The position numbers and the translations under genes were made by a program. Source: Candidatus Latescibacterota bacterium (GTDB lineage: Bacteria > Latescibacterota > UBA2968 > GCA-2709665). From it: a DNA stretch of 64,000 nucleotides. Each line of letters begins with the position of its first letter. Position 1 is the stretch's first letter. Shown here in pieces: positions 38,270 to 47,944 of the stretch. Under the pieces are notes generated by a model. It did not search any database. It worked only from the letters and a program-made list of their open reading frames with translations, and was not told the origin of the DNA. The stretch lies in assembly GCA_965219995.1 (NCBI GenBank), contig CBDCOX010000002.1:2752001-2816000 (forward strand), given 5' to 3'.

Positions 38270-39430
38270 ATGAAGATTACCGACGTGAAAGTCCTGCCCA
38301 TCGATCGATATCTCTTTGTCCAGGTGCATACCGATGAGGGGATCGTGGGGCTGGGAGAGTCGGGCGCCTGGGGCTACCTGGAAGCCTCCGGCGAGGTGGT
38401 CAAGAGCTTCAGGGAATACCTGATCGGAAAGGACCCCCTGCGCATCGAACACCACTGGCAGGTCCTGTACCGGTGTACGCACTTTCGGGGCGCCGCGATC
38501 ATGGGCGCCCTGAGCGCGGTGGACATCGCCCTCTGGGATATTGCGGGCAAACATTTCGGGGTGCCGTGCTACCAGCTTCTGGGCGGCAGGTGCCGGGACA
38601 AGGCACGGGTCTACGGCCACGTCATCGGGAGCACCAAGGAGGAGCTTTTGAGAGGCTGCGTGCAGGCCAGGGCGGAGGGATATACAGCCGTTGGCCACCT
38701 GACGCCCTTTCTGGATGAGTCACGGAATGTCCCCTATTACAAGACCCATACGGACAAGATTCAGGACGCGATTCAGACGGTGGCGGCGTACCGCGAGGCG
38801 GTCGGCGACGAGGTGGACCTGTGCATCGAGATCCACCGGCGGCTGGACCCGGCAGAAGCCATCGTGTTGGGCAGGGCTATCGAACCCTATCGCCCGTTTT
38901 TCTACGAGGATCCAATCCGGCCCGACAATCTGGACGCCATGGCCGAAGTCGCAAAGAAAATCGCGGTCCCCATCGCCACCGGCGAGCGAATCCACACGAT
39001 CTACGAATTCGAAATGCTTCTTACGCGCAACGCGGTCCAGTATGTACGACCGGACGTCTGCATGGCCGGCGGCATCACCCATTGCAAGAAGATCGCGGCC
39101 CTCGCCGAGGCGCACTACGTGGACGTGGTGCCGCACAATCCGCTCAGCCCGGTGAGCACGGCCGCCTGCGTCCAGCTCGCCGCGTGCATCCCGAATTTCG
39201 CACTGCAGGAATACCCGAGGGGTGAAGGCGAGCCGCCGAAGAGCGAAATCGTGTCGGGCACGCTCACGCTGGACGACGGATTCCTGATCATCCCCGATGC
39301 TCCGGGAATCGGCGTGGAACTCGCGGAAGGCGCCGCGGAGAAATACCCGTTCCTCTCGCACCGACCGTTGCTGGATGAGGGGATGATGGTCACCAGGCTG
39401 CACGTCGACGGGTCCGTGGTCGACCAGTAG
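38270..39430 (+). CDS. Mandelate racemase/enolase-superfamily acid-sugar dehydratase (DgoD-like)
   Basis: 'VHTDEGIVGLGE', 'SAVDIALWDIAGK', metal ligands 'CIEIH..FYEDP..TGER', 'PHNP', 'LQEY'. Confidence 0.88.
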   Translation: MKITDVKVLPIDRYLFVQVHTDEGIVGLGESGAWGYLEASGEVVKSFREYLIGKDPLRIEHHWQVLYRCTHFRGAAIMGALSAVDIALWDIAGKHFGVPCYQLLGGRCRDKARVYGHVIGSTKEELLRGCVQARAEGYTAVGHLTPFLDESRNVPYYKTHTDKIQDAIQTVAAYREAVGDEVDLCIEIHRRLDPAEAIVLGRAIEPYRPFFYEDPIRPDNLDAMAEVAKKIAVPIATGERIHTIYEFEMLLTRNAVQYVRPDVCMAGGITHCKKIAALAEAHYVDVVPHNPLSPVSTAACVQLAACIPNFALQEYPRGEGEPPKSEIVSGTLTLDDGFLIIPDAPGIGVELAEGAAEKYPFLSHRPLLDEGMMVTRLHVDGSVVDQ

Positions 39431-39513
39431 GTCGTCGCATCTGAACGAATGATCGGAGAACCGGTAATATCTCATCCCAAACGCGTGATATCTGAATCAC
39501 AGGAGGACTCACC

Positions 39514-40308
39514 ATGCTCGCGGGGATCTCAGACGAACAGTGGGCGCAGTTTGAGAATGAAGGGTACGTACGACTTGGAAAGGTGATGGACGACGACGAA
39601 CTGGCGGGCCTGCAGCGGCGCATAGACGACATCATGCTCGGCAACGTCAAGGTCCACGATCAGATGTTTATGCAGCTGGACAGCGAGACGGGCGACTATT
39701 CGGAGAAGCGGATCACAACGAGAGGGCACCAGGTATCGACGTTGAACTATCGAAAGATCCAGGACCTGGAGTTCGACCCGCTGTTCCTGTCCTACATTCA
39801 GAAACCGGTTTTCCGCGACATCTGCGCGAGGGCCTACGGTCCCGAGACGCCGATATCCTGCTATCGGGCCATGTTTATGAACAAGCCGGCGGGGAAGGGT
39901 ACAACACTACCCTGGCACCAGGACCGGTTCAGCATTCTCGACACGGATCCGATCGTAACCGTGTGGACGGCGCTGGATCGGGTGTCGGTTGAGAACGGCT
40001 GCGTAGGGATCGTGCCCGGGTCCCACCGGGGCACTTTCGAGCAGGACGACTCCGCCAGCTTCGCCTTTCTGACCGACGATCAGGCCACCGCCGTTCTGGA
40101 AAGGGAAGCGCATGAGTACCTGGAAATGGAGGCGGGGGAAGCGGCACTGTTACATAACTGGCTGCTCCACGGATCGGGCGTGAACCGGACCGACGCCTCC
40201 CGCCGCGGGTTCAGCTGCTGTTACATGGACGCCGCCACAAGGTCCGACCATGGGACCACCTTCTCAATCATCTTCGGCGAGGGCGCCCTGACCCCCGGAA
40301 CACTCTAA
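39514..40308 (+). CDS. PhyH-family Fe/2OG dioxygenase
   Basis: 'NKPAGKG..LPWHQD', 'ENGC..IVPGSH', 'LLHGSGVN....RRG'. Confidence 0.9.
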   Translation: MLAGISDEQWAQFENEGYVRLGKVMDDDELAGLQRRIDDIMLGNVKVHDQMFMQLDSETGDYSEKRITTRGHQVSTLNYRKIQDLEFDPLFLSYIQKPVFRDICARAYGPETPISCYRAMFMNKPAGKGTTLPWHQDRFSILDTDPIVTVWTALDRVSVENGCVGIVPGSHRGTFEQDDSASFAFLTDDQATAVLEREAHEYLEMEAGEAALLHNWLLHGSGVNRTDASRRGFSCCYMDAATRSDHGTTFSIIFGEGALTPGTL

Positions 40309-40346
40309 GTCATCCGGCCGATCCCCACCATCAGAGGAATTCAGAA

Positions 40347-42362
40347 GTGGACGCTGTTTCGGCGAAAACGCCCGAATGCGCGGGTTCGGCGTCGAACGAG
40401 AAGACCGCCGAGAGAGATGGTCTGACGCCGCGCGCGTTCGGAATCGGCCTCATCCTGTGCGTACTCATGTGCGTGGGTCTCACCTACAACCGCATGATCA
40501 CCCAGGGCTCCTTCATTGGCGGCGGGTACTACATGGACCGGGGCGCGCTGATTGTTCTGTTCGTCCTGGTCCTGGCCGTGAATCCGCTGCTGGGCGTGAT
40601 CAGGAACCGGTTCGCCCTGACGCGTGGCGAATTGCTCGCCATCTACACCATGTTTCTCATCCTCCTGCCCGCGTGGGTGATGACCAAGCCGGTGATCCTC
40701 TATACGACCGGCGTCACCTACCACGCGACGCCGGAGTTGCGTCACATCGAGGCCGTTCCCCCCCACCTGCTGCCATGGCTGGTGCCGCAGGGCGCCGAGA
40801 CGGTCAAAAAACTCTACGAAGGACTTCCCAGGGGAGGTTCGATCCCGTGGCTGGGATGGGTTCTGCCCCTGTGGAGCTGGGGGTCGTTCCTTATCGTGCT
40901 CTTCATCGTGCTGATTTGCCTGGGCGTGCTGATGCGGAGGCAATGGGAGGAACACGAACGGTTCGCGTTCCCCCTGATGCAGGTGCCGCTCGCGATGCTG
41001 GAGTCCGGAAAGGGCCGGATCGCGCCTGTTTTCCGCAGCCGGCTGCTGGCCGCCGGGTTCGCGATCCCGTCTCTGGTCGGCACACTACGGGGGCTCCGGT
41101 ATTACTTTCCAAACATTCCCGTCATCAACCTGGGCACGCACGTTCGCATCTTCCGGCGGACGATGGTACTGCCCTTCAAGGTCCATTTCCTTGTACTCGC
41201 ATATTCCTATTTCATCAATCTGGACGTGAGTCTCAGCCTGTGGGTGATAAACCTGGTTACCAAGGTGATTCGCGGCGCACTGGCGATGGTTGGCGCGGGC
41301 CAGACCTGGGGCGTGTCCGGTGTCGTGGGACGTTACAGTTCCCAGGGATCCGAATTTCTGGCGTTGATGGGGATGGGGTATATCCTCGCGCTGGCCGCGT
41401 ACAGCCTGTACGTTGCCAGGGGCCACCTCCAGCAGGTATGGGAGCAGGTCCGCGGCCGCCCCTCGCGCCTGCGAGACTCGGACGAAATCGTCTCCTACCG
41501 GTCGGCCGTGCTCGGCGTTGTTCTGGGTCTGAGTTACCTTGGACTGTGGCTCTATCAGGCGGGAATTTCGCCGCCGCTGGTTCTGTTTCTTCTTGTTTCC
41601 AGTCTCATCGTCTTCTTTGTGATGGCGCGGATTGTGAGCGAAACGGGATTTGTCGCGACCTACTCCCCCCTCAATCCGTCCGAGTTCGTGGTGTGCGCGG
41701 TGGGCTCCTCGGCGTTCGGTCCGACGGGCCTGGCCACGCTGGGGATCAGCTACGTGTGGACGATGACGCGCAGAAATACATTGATGCCGCACGCCATGGG
41801 CGCGTTGCGGCTTGCGCGCGAAATCGGAAGGAAGCGGGGGCTTGTCTGGGCAATGGGAGCGGCGCTGGTCCTGGGGCTCGTCGCCACGGGCTACACGACG
41901 TTGAGTTTCGGGTATACCCACGGCGGCGTGAACATCGACTATCCGTGGTTCAGCAACGTGAACGACGCAGCTTCGCCGTTCGACGAATTTATCGGACGCC
42001 GGCTGCTGGAACCCAGCCCGGTCTTCACGATGGGTTTCCTCTATACGGCCCTGGGTACCGGGGTTGCCGCCCTGCTGATTCTGCTCAGGATGCGTCTGCC
42101 CTGGTGGCCGTTCCATCCGGCCGCGCTGCCTTTGAGTACGGTGTGGTACATGGACTGGTTCGGATTCAGCGTGTTCCTGGCGTGGGGCATCAAGGCGATC
42201 ATTCTGCGGGTAGGCGGTGCGGACCTCTACCGAAAGACGCGTCCGTTCTTTATCGGGATGATCCTGGGCGAGGTCATCTGCTCGGGAGGTTGGTCGGTGG
42301 TAAGCGCCTTTACGGGACGGCTGAAAACCTGGCCATTCATGGGCTACTGGAGTTCGTCGTAA
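40347..42362 (+). CDS. DUF6785/DUF6784-type membrane protein (paralog 2)
   Basis: 'GLTPRAFGIG', 'QWEEHERFAFPLMQVP', 'TYSPLNPSEFVVCAVGS', 'WWPFHP'. Confidence 0.8.
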   Translation: MDAVSAKTPECAGSASNEKTAERDGLTPRAFGIGLILCVLMCVGLTYNRMITQGSFIGGGYYMDRGALIVLFVLVLAVNPLLGVIRNRFALTRGELLAIYTMFLILLPAWVMTKPVILYTTGVTYHATPELRHIEAVPPHLLPWLVPQGAETVKKLYEGLPRGGSIPWLGWVLPLWSWGSFLIVLFIVLICLGVLMRRQWEEHERFAFPLMQVPLAMLESGKGRIAPVFRSRLLAAGFAIPSLVGTLRGLRYYFPNIPVINLGTHVRIFRRTMVLPFKVHFLVLAYSYFINLDVSLSLWVINLVTKVIRGALAMVGAGQTWGVSGVVGRYSSQGSEFLALMGMGYILALAAYSLYVARGHLQQVWEQVRGRPSRLRDSDEIVSYRSAVLGVVLGLSYLGLWLYQAGISPPLVLFLLVSSLIVFFVMARIVSETGFVATYSPLNPSEFVVCAVGSSAFGPTGLATLGISYVWTMTRRNTLMPHAMGALRLAREIGRKRGLVWAMGAALVLGLVATGYTTLSFGYTHGGVNIDYPWFSNVNDAASPFDEFIGRRLLEPSPVFTMGFLYTALGTGVAALLILLRMRLPWWPFHPAALPLSTVWYMDWFGFSVFLAWGIKAIILRVGGADLYRKTRPFFIGMILGEVICSGGWSVVSAFTGRLKTWPFMGYWSSS

Positions 42363-42443
42363 TTCGCCCGCGGTGCGGATGCGGATCGGGCAACCCGGCG
42401 TACGAAGAATTATACCCAGGCCATACCTTTAAGGGAGAATGCA

Positions 42444-44465
42444 ATGTCAGAACGCGACCGGAAACTCCGCCGTGCCGCGCTGCTGCTCTTTCCGGATGCC
42501 GTGCTGAACGAGGAGACGCTCGACCGGATTGTCCGGGAAGGGTTCACCGACGTGGGCGCGGGCGTCACGGTCACGCCGGCGATAAAACAACAGGGCTTCA
42601 CGCTGGAACAGTCGGAGGGACTCGCCCGGATGTGCGAGGAACGGAACCTGGGATTCATCGCCTTCACCGGGTACATCAAGTATCAGGAACATCTGTTGGC
42701 GGAAGAACCCCACCGGCTGATGTATATGGTCGGCGATGACGGGGTCCTGGACCTGGACGGGCTTCCGGTCCGGTATCTGTGTCCTTTTCGGCCCGAGAAC
42801 AAGAGCCACTACCTCACCCTGCTGATGGAAATCTGCAACTGGCCTGCGGTGCGGGAAATCCACCTCAACGACGAAGCATGCCTCGGGTTCGGAGACGGCA
42901 CAATCGGCTGTTACTGCGCGTTCTGCGAGTCTGAATTCAGCAGACGGACCGGCGTCATGCCTCCCCGGGTTGCGGATTGGGATGACCCGTTGTGGTATAC
43001 ATGGCTGGAAAACCGCTTTGAAAACTGGGACGCGGTGCACTCAGAGTTTCGAAGCGCCATCAAAGACGTCCGTCCCGACGTGGTTGTGGGCATCCAGCAC
43101 AGTCCCGCCATCCCCGAGCGGAACTACAATGCCTGGCAGACGGCCATCCGCCTCGCCCGCGACGCGCGTTCACAGGACGTAATCGCCACGGACCCCTATC
43201 ATTTCAATCACGACGATCTCATTCTGCACCGGCCGCATCGCAGGATCCTCTCGGAGACCACGAGAAGCCTGATGGGCGCGTGCATGGGCCGGCAGGTGGA
43301 TATCTATCCCCAGGGCTTCATGCCGCCGGCACAGGCGGTGCCGATGGGCAGGCAGGACGGTCTGCTCGCCGGCGTGGTGCCGTTCGCGCTGGGCGCAGAC
43401 CTGGTGATGCCGTTCACTTACGAGCAGATGAAGATCATCCCGGGATTCTTCGAAGCGTTCGACGAGACCCGGCGCCTCTTGCCGGTGTTCGCGTCACATC
43501 GTCCTTACAGCTTCGCCACGATGCTGATGCCCCAGCAGTCCGAAATCACCGGCCACTACGAGTCGAATTGGGGACACGAGGGGTTGATTCAGATGGTCGA
43601 TATGGTCTATCGGACCGGATTGCCGTGGCGATGGTTCTGGGACGAGCGCCTGGACGACGCTGGCGACCAGCTCACGGGACCGGTGATCCTGCCCGAGGCG
43701 CATTGCCTCACACAGTCCCAGCTCGATTGTATCAACGCGGTTGCGGAACGCGGAGAGGGTCTCCTGTGGGTTGGCAACCGGCCGACCGCTCCATGGCCGG
43801 GCAATGGTCCGTGCAAACTGCCCTTTGAAATTGAGTCGGGCGCCTTTGAAGTCGACCTCTTGCGCAACCATCCGCTTACAGAGGACCTGGAACATCCCGT
43901 GATCCTGGCGACCCGGGTGGAAGGCGGGCATCCGGACGGGCAGGTGCTGGGGACCGTGGATGGCGAGCCGGCCCTGGTGCTGGTCGAGGAAGGGTCCCGG
44001 CGGGAGGCCTGGCTGGCGGGCATGCCTGCCGTGAAATATACGGGAGCCGTACCCGGCATGTCTTTTCTGGAGGAGACGTCCAACGTTGCGTTGCTGAGGA
44101 GACTGATCTTCTGGGCGGCCGGCCGAAGGCCCCTGGCGCGGCTGACTCCCTTCCCGCCCGTGGACGATTACCGAACGCTGCGGCCGACCGACCGGAGGGC
44201 TGTGCCCACCATCGAGTTGCTTCCAATGTTCGATGGTGACGATACCCTGCTCGCTATCGTCTTTCCATATACGCCGGTAAGGAGCCAGACAGCGCTGGAG
44301 ATCGTCCTTCCCGAAGGAAGAAGCGCGCAAGACGTCAACGAGATCTGGTCGGGCGCAAACTGGAACGACCGCGTGATATCGGCGAAAGACGGAACGATGC
44401 GGATACCCCTCGATATTCCCGGCGACTGCGACCTCCTGGCAATACACATACAGTTCGCAGGTTGA
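42444..44465 (+). CDS. GH42-like TIM-barrel hydrolase (paralog 3)
   Basis: 'YLCPFRPENK', 'EIHLNDEA', 'GCYCAFC', 'TDPYHFNH', 'IYPQGF'. Confidence 0.65.
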   Translation: MSERDRKLRRAALLLFPDAVLNEETLDRIVREGFTDVGAGVTVTPAIKQQGFTLEQSEGLARMCEERNLGFIAFTGYIKYQEHLLAEEPHRLMYMVGDDGVLDLDGLPVRYLCPFRPENKSHYLTLLMEICNWPAVREIHLNDEACLGFGDGTIGCYCAFCESEFSRRTGVMPPRVADWDDPLWYTWLENRFENWDAVHSEFRSAIKDVRPDVVVGIQHSPAIPERNYNAWQTAIRLARDARSQDVIATDPYHFNHDDLILHRPHRRILSETTRSLMGACMGRQVDIYPQGFMPPAQAVPMGRQDGLLAGVVPFALGADLVMPFTYEQMKIIPGFFEAFDETRRLLPVFASHRPYSFATMLMPQQSEITGHYESNWGHEGLIQMVDMVYRTGLPWRWFWDERLDDAGDQLTGPVILPEAHCLTQSQLDCINAVAERGEGLLWVGNRPTAPWPGNGPCKLPFEIESGAFEVDLLRNHPLTEDLEHPVILATRVEGGHPDGQVLGTVDGEPALVLVEEGSRREAWLAGMPAVKYTGAVPGMSFLEETSNVALLRRLIFWAAGRRPLARLTPFPPVDDYRTLRPTDRRAVPTIELLPMFDGDDTLLAIVFPYTPVRSQTALEIVLPEGRSAQDVNEIWSGANWNDRVISAKDGTMRIPLDIPGDCDLLAIHIQFAG

Positions 44466-44500
44466 ATGCTTTCAAGCCGCAGTCCGGAGGTGCCCAACGA

Positions 44501-46480
44501 ATGGCTCAGGCAGCCCGAGTGGTCACGTCGGATGTCCGAAAAACGGCCGGGTCGACCGAAGACGGTCTGTCGTGCCGGGCGTTCCTGATCGGACTGGGGT
44601 TGTGCGCCCTTCTGGGGGTCTGGCTGACGTACAACCGGATGGTGGTCCAGGGGCCGTTTATGGGCTGGTACTTCCTGGACCGGGGCGTGCTGTTCGTCTT
44701 TTTCTGTCTGGCTGTACTGATCAACCCCCTGCTCGGTCTGCTGAAACGCCGCTTCGCCCTGGGCCGGGGCGAGTTGCTGGCCATCTACGCGATGCTGCTG
44801 CTCCTGATGCCCGCATGGGCGATGTGCAAGGCATTGCTCGGGTTCATGACCGGCGTCACCTACTACGCCTCCCCGGAGATGCGCCACCTGGAGGCCGTCC
44901 TGCCCTATTCGCTGCCGTGGCTGGCGGTCCTGGACGCCGAGCCGGTCAGGTGGCTGTACGAAGGCCTGCCGAAGGGAGGTTCCGTCCCCTGGTGGGCGTG
45001 GGTGGTCCCTCTATGGAGTTGGGGTTCGTTCCTGGTCGCGCTGTTTGTGGTACTGGGCTGTGTGGCCGTCATCCTGAGAAAGCAGTGGGAGGAACACGAA
45101 CGGTTCGCCTTCCCGATCATGCAGGTCCCCCTCGCGATGGGCGAGCGTGGAGAAGGTCTGATGGGACCGCTGTTCCGTGGCCGGATGATGTGGTCGGGTT
45201 TTGCGGTTCCGTTCGGCATCGGCTCCATCAACGCACTGCACAGCTATTTCCACACGCTGCCCCGGATAAGCCTGCGGGCGATGATCTGGGTCTTCAGGCG
45301 CGCGATTCCGCTGTCGATAAGGCTCAACTTCGCGCTTCTCGGCTATGCGTATTTCGTGAACCTGGACGTGAGTCTCAGCATCTGGCTCCTCAATGTCATC
45401 GCCAAATGCATCAACGGCGCGTTCGTCATGCTGGGCGCGGAACGATACGGCGTATCCGGGATGGTGGGACGCCACAGCTCCCAGGGCTCGGAACTCCTGG
45501 CGTTTATGGGAATGGGGTACATGCTGGCCCTGGCCGGGTACAGCCTTTGGATTGCCCGGGGGCATTTGAAGGCTGTCTGGGCAAAGACGCTGGGTCGCGG
45601 TTCGAGCCTGGACGATTCGGTGGAGGTGCTCCCCTATCGCACGGCGGTGGCTTGTGTGTTCGTGGGGACGCTGTATCTGGGATGCTGGCTATACCAGGCC
45701 GGGCTGCCGCCGCATGTGATCGCCATGCTGTTTGCGGCCTGCTTTGTCGTCTTTCTCGTACTCGCGCGGATCGTGAGCGAAACCGGCTATGCCGCAACCT
45801 ATTCTCCGCTGAATCCGTCCGAGTTTGTGGTCTGTGCGGTCGGGTCCTCGGCCTTCGGTCCCACGGGGCTGGTTACGAACGGACTGAATTACGTATGGAC
45901 GATGACGCGGCTGAATACGATGATGCCCCGTGCTTCCGCGGCGCTCCGGCTGGCGGGGGAAATGGGAAAAACCCGAGGCCTGATATGGGCGTTGGGCGCG
46001 GCCCTGGCCGTGGGTCTGGTCGTCGCCAGCCATACGACGCTGGATCTCGGATACGCCCACGGCGGACGAAACCTCGACTACTGGTTCCGCGACGTGAACG
46101 ACGCCGCCCTGCCGTTCGACGAATACGTGGGACGCCGCCTGCTGGATCCGAGCCCGGTCTTCTACGGGGGATTTGCATATACAGGATTGGGTCTCGGCAT
46201 TGCCGTGCTGCTCATGGTCCTGCGAATGCGCCTGCCTTGGTGGCCCCTGCACCCGGTGGCGTTGCCGGTCAGTACGATCTGGATGACGGAGCACTACTAT
46301 TTCAGCGTTTTTCTGGCCTGGGGGATCAAAGCGCTGGTGATGAAGTTCGGCGGGGCTTCCCTGTACCGGAAAACCAGGCCGTTCTTTATCGGGATTATCG
46401 TGGGTGAGGCGGTTTGTTTGGGAATGTGGAGCATTATTGACTATTTTACAGGGAAAGTCGGAAATATATCCCTGCTCTAA
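44501..46480 (+). CDS. DUF6785/DUF6784-type membrane protein (paralog 3)
   Basis: GGAGG before ATG 44501; closest to paralog 1 ('MTGVTYYASPEMRHLEAVLP', 'HGGRNLDYWFRDVND'). Confidence 0.8.
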   Translation: MAQAARVVTSDVRKTAGSTEDGLSCRAFLIGLGLCALLGVWLTYNRMVVQGPFMGWYFLDRGVLFVFFCLAVLINPLLGLLKRRFALGRGELLAIYAMLLLLMPAWAMCKALLGFMTGVTYYASPEMRHLEAVLPYSLPWLAVLDAEPVRWLYEGLPKGGSVPWWAWVVPLWSWGSFLVALFVVLGCVAVILRKQWEEHERFAFPIMQVPLAMGERGEGLMGPLFRGRMMWSGFAVPFGIGSINALHSYFHTLPRISLRAMIWVFRRAIPLSIRLNFALLGYAYFVNLDVSLSIWLLNVIAKCINGAFVMLGAERYGVSGMVGRHSSQGSELLAFMGMGYMLALAGYSLWIARGHLKAVWAKTLGRGSSLDDSVEVLPYRTAVACVFVGTLYLGCWLYQAGLPPHVIAMLFAACFVVFLVLARIVSETGYAATYSPLNPSEFVVCAVGSSAFGPTGLVTNGLNYVWTMTRLNTMMPRASAALRLAGEMGKTRGLIWALGAALAVGLVVASHTTLDLGYAHGGRNLDYWFRDVNDAALPFDEYVGRRLLDPSPVFYGGFAYTGLGLGIAVLLMVLRMRLPWWPLHPVALPVSTIWMTEHYYFSVFLAWGIKALVMKFGGASLYRKTRPFFIGIIVGEAVCLGMWSIIDYFTGKVGNISLL

Positions 46481-46541
46481 TGACTGAAACGTCCATCTTT
46501 GATCGATCGAACGATCACTTTTTTTGTAAGGAGTCAAGACC

Positions 46542-47420
46542 ATGCTTTCCGGAGAACAGATTGATTTCTACCGTACCAACGGCTATCTGGGGGTGGAGGA
46601 CGTTCTCTCCCGCGACGAGGTCGAGGAACTTTGCCGGGTGACCGACGCGTTTGTCGAAGCGTCGAGGCAGGTCACCGAAACCGACAGCGTATTCGACCTG
46701 GAACCGGGCCATACGCCCGAATTCCCCCAGTTGCGCCGTCTCATAGACCCGTCAAAGCAGCACGACGCGTATGCCCGGGGCCTGCGCCACGAGAAGATAC
46801 TCGACATAACCGCACAACTCATCGGGCCCGGTATTCGGACGAATGGGGACAAGCTCAATATGAAATCCGCGGAGGTGGGCAGCCCCGTGGAATGGCACCA
46901 GGACTGGGCGTTCTACCCCCACACCAACGACGACCTGCTGGCCGTCGGCGTCGCGATAGACGATATGACCCTCGAGAACGGCTGCCTGCTTGTCGTGCCA
47001 GGGTCTCACAAGGGGCGCATCCACGACCACCACCTCAACGGTCGCTTTGCAGGGGCCGTTACCGAGCTTGATTTCACCGGCGAAGGCGCGGTCCCGATCG
47101 AACTCAAGGCCGGCGGCATTTCCATCCACCACGTCCGGACGCTTCACGCATCCGCCCCGAACACTTCCGGCAAGCCACGGCGTCTTCTGCTATTTATGTA
47201 TTGCGCGGTTGATGCATTTCCGCTGGTTCAACCGATCAATACCTGGGAGGAGTTCAACGGCAAGATTCTTCGCGGGGAACCCACACGCGAACCGCGCATG
47301 GTCAGCGTCCCGGTGCGGGTCCCGCTTCCTCCGGCGGAACGCACCGGATCCATATATGAAATTCAGACCATCCTCGAGGAGAGTAAGATGACCCCTGTCG
47401 AAGCCGGCGCCGGAAATTGA
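46542..47420 (+). CDS. PhyH-family Fe/2OG dioxygenase
   Basis: 'KLNMK...GSPVEWHQDWAFYPHTND', 'ENGCLLVVPGSH', 'TLHASAPN.S..PRR'. Confidence 0.92.
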   Translation: MLSGEQIDFYRTNGYLGVEDVLSRDEVEELCRVTDAFVEASRQVTETDSVFDLEPGHTPEFPQLRRLIDPSKQHDAYARGLRHEKILDITAQLIGPGIRTNGDKLNMKSAEVGSPVEWHQDWAFYPHTNDDLLAVGVAIDDMTLENGCLLVVPGSHKGRIHDHHLNGRFAGAVTELDFTGEGAVPIELKAGGISIHHVRTLHASAPNTSGKPRRLLLFMYCAVDAFPLVQPINTWEEFNGKILRGEPTREPRMVSVPVRVPLPPAERTGSIYEIQTILEESKMTPVEAGAGN

Positions 47421-47468
47421 ACCCGCACGGTGCTCTCACAGAGAGGCTGGGCTGCCCATGAGTGATTA

Positions 47469-47940
47469 GCCGTCAGAATGAAGCGAAAATCAGCTCACAC
47501 GGAGACACGAAGACACAAAGAGAACCCGGAAGGCGGGGAGACGTTAGGCGTAAGAGGGGAGAGGAAATGAGTGCCCTAAAGGCGGGGAGACGTTAGACGG
47601 GAGATGATATCAGTGCCCAATGGTGTTTCTTGTCGTTACGATTACGGTAGAGAAACAGGCACGGTTAGCGTGAAAACACTGTGGTAACATTATCATCTAC
47701 CGTCTACCCTCTTACGTCTCACCGCTTTTCTTGCCCGATGCGGTTTCATTTCTCGCCGGAGGCATAAAGGTAGAACCAATCGGGCAAGGATGTCATCTAA
47801 CGTCTTACGTCTCACGTCTCTCCGGTTTTATTGCCCCGTGCGGGTTCATCGATTGCCGGAGGCAAAAAGGAAGAACCAAACAGGCAATAATGTCTTCTAA
47901 CCTCTCACGTCTAACGTCTTACCCCCGGAAAGGGGGTTAG
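47469..47940. repeat. Non-coding array of ~100-bp hairpin units separated by heptamer (TCTNACG) repeats
   Basis: Units at 47739 and 47839 (period 100); a diverged unit near 47612-47725; heptamers GAGACGTTAGACG (47581-47600) inverted to TCTAACGTCTTACGTCTCACG. Confidence 0.75.
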
Positions 47941-47944
47941 GTCG

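Noticed and set aside
4895-46480. DUF6785 copies as an assembly duplication
   Set aside because: The copies differ throughout at amino-acid and synonymous positions, so they are real paralogs.
47530-47930. Possible CRISPR array or DGR component
   Set aside because: There are no constant repeats with unique spacers, and no cas, reverse transcriptase or avd gene or TR/VR pair in the window.
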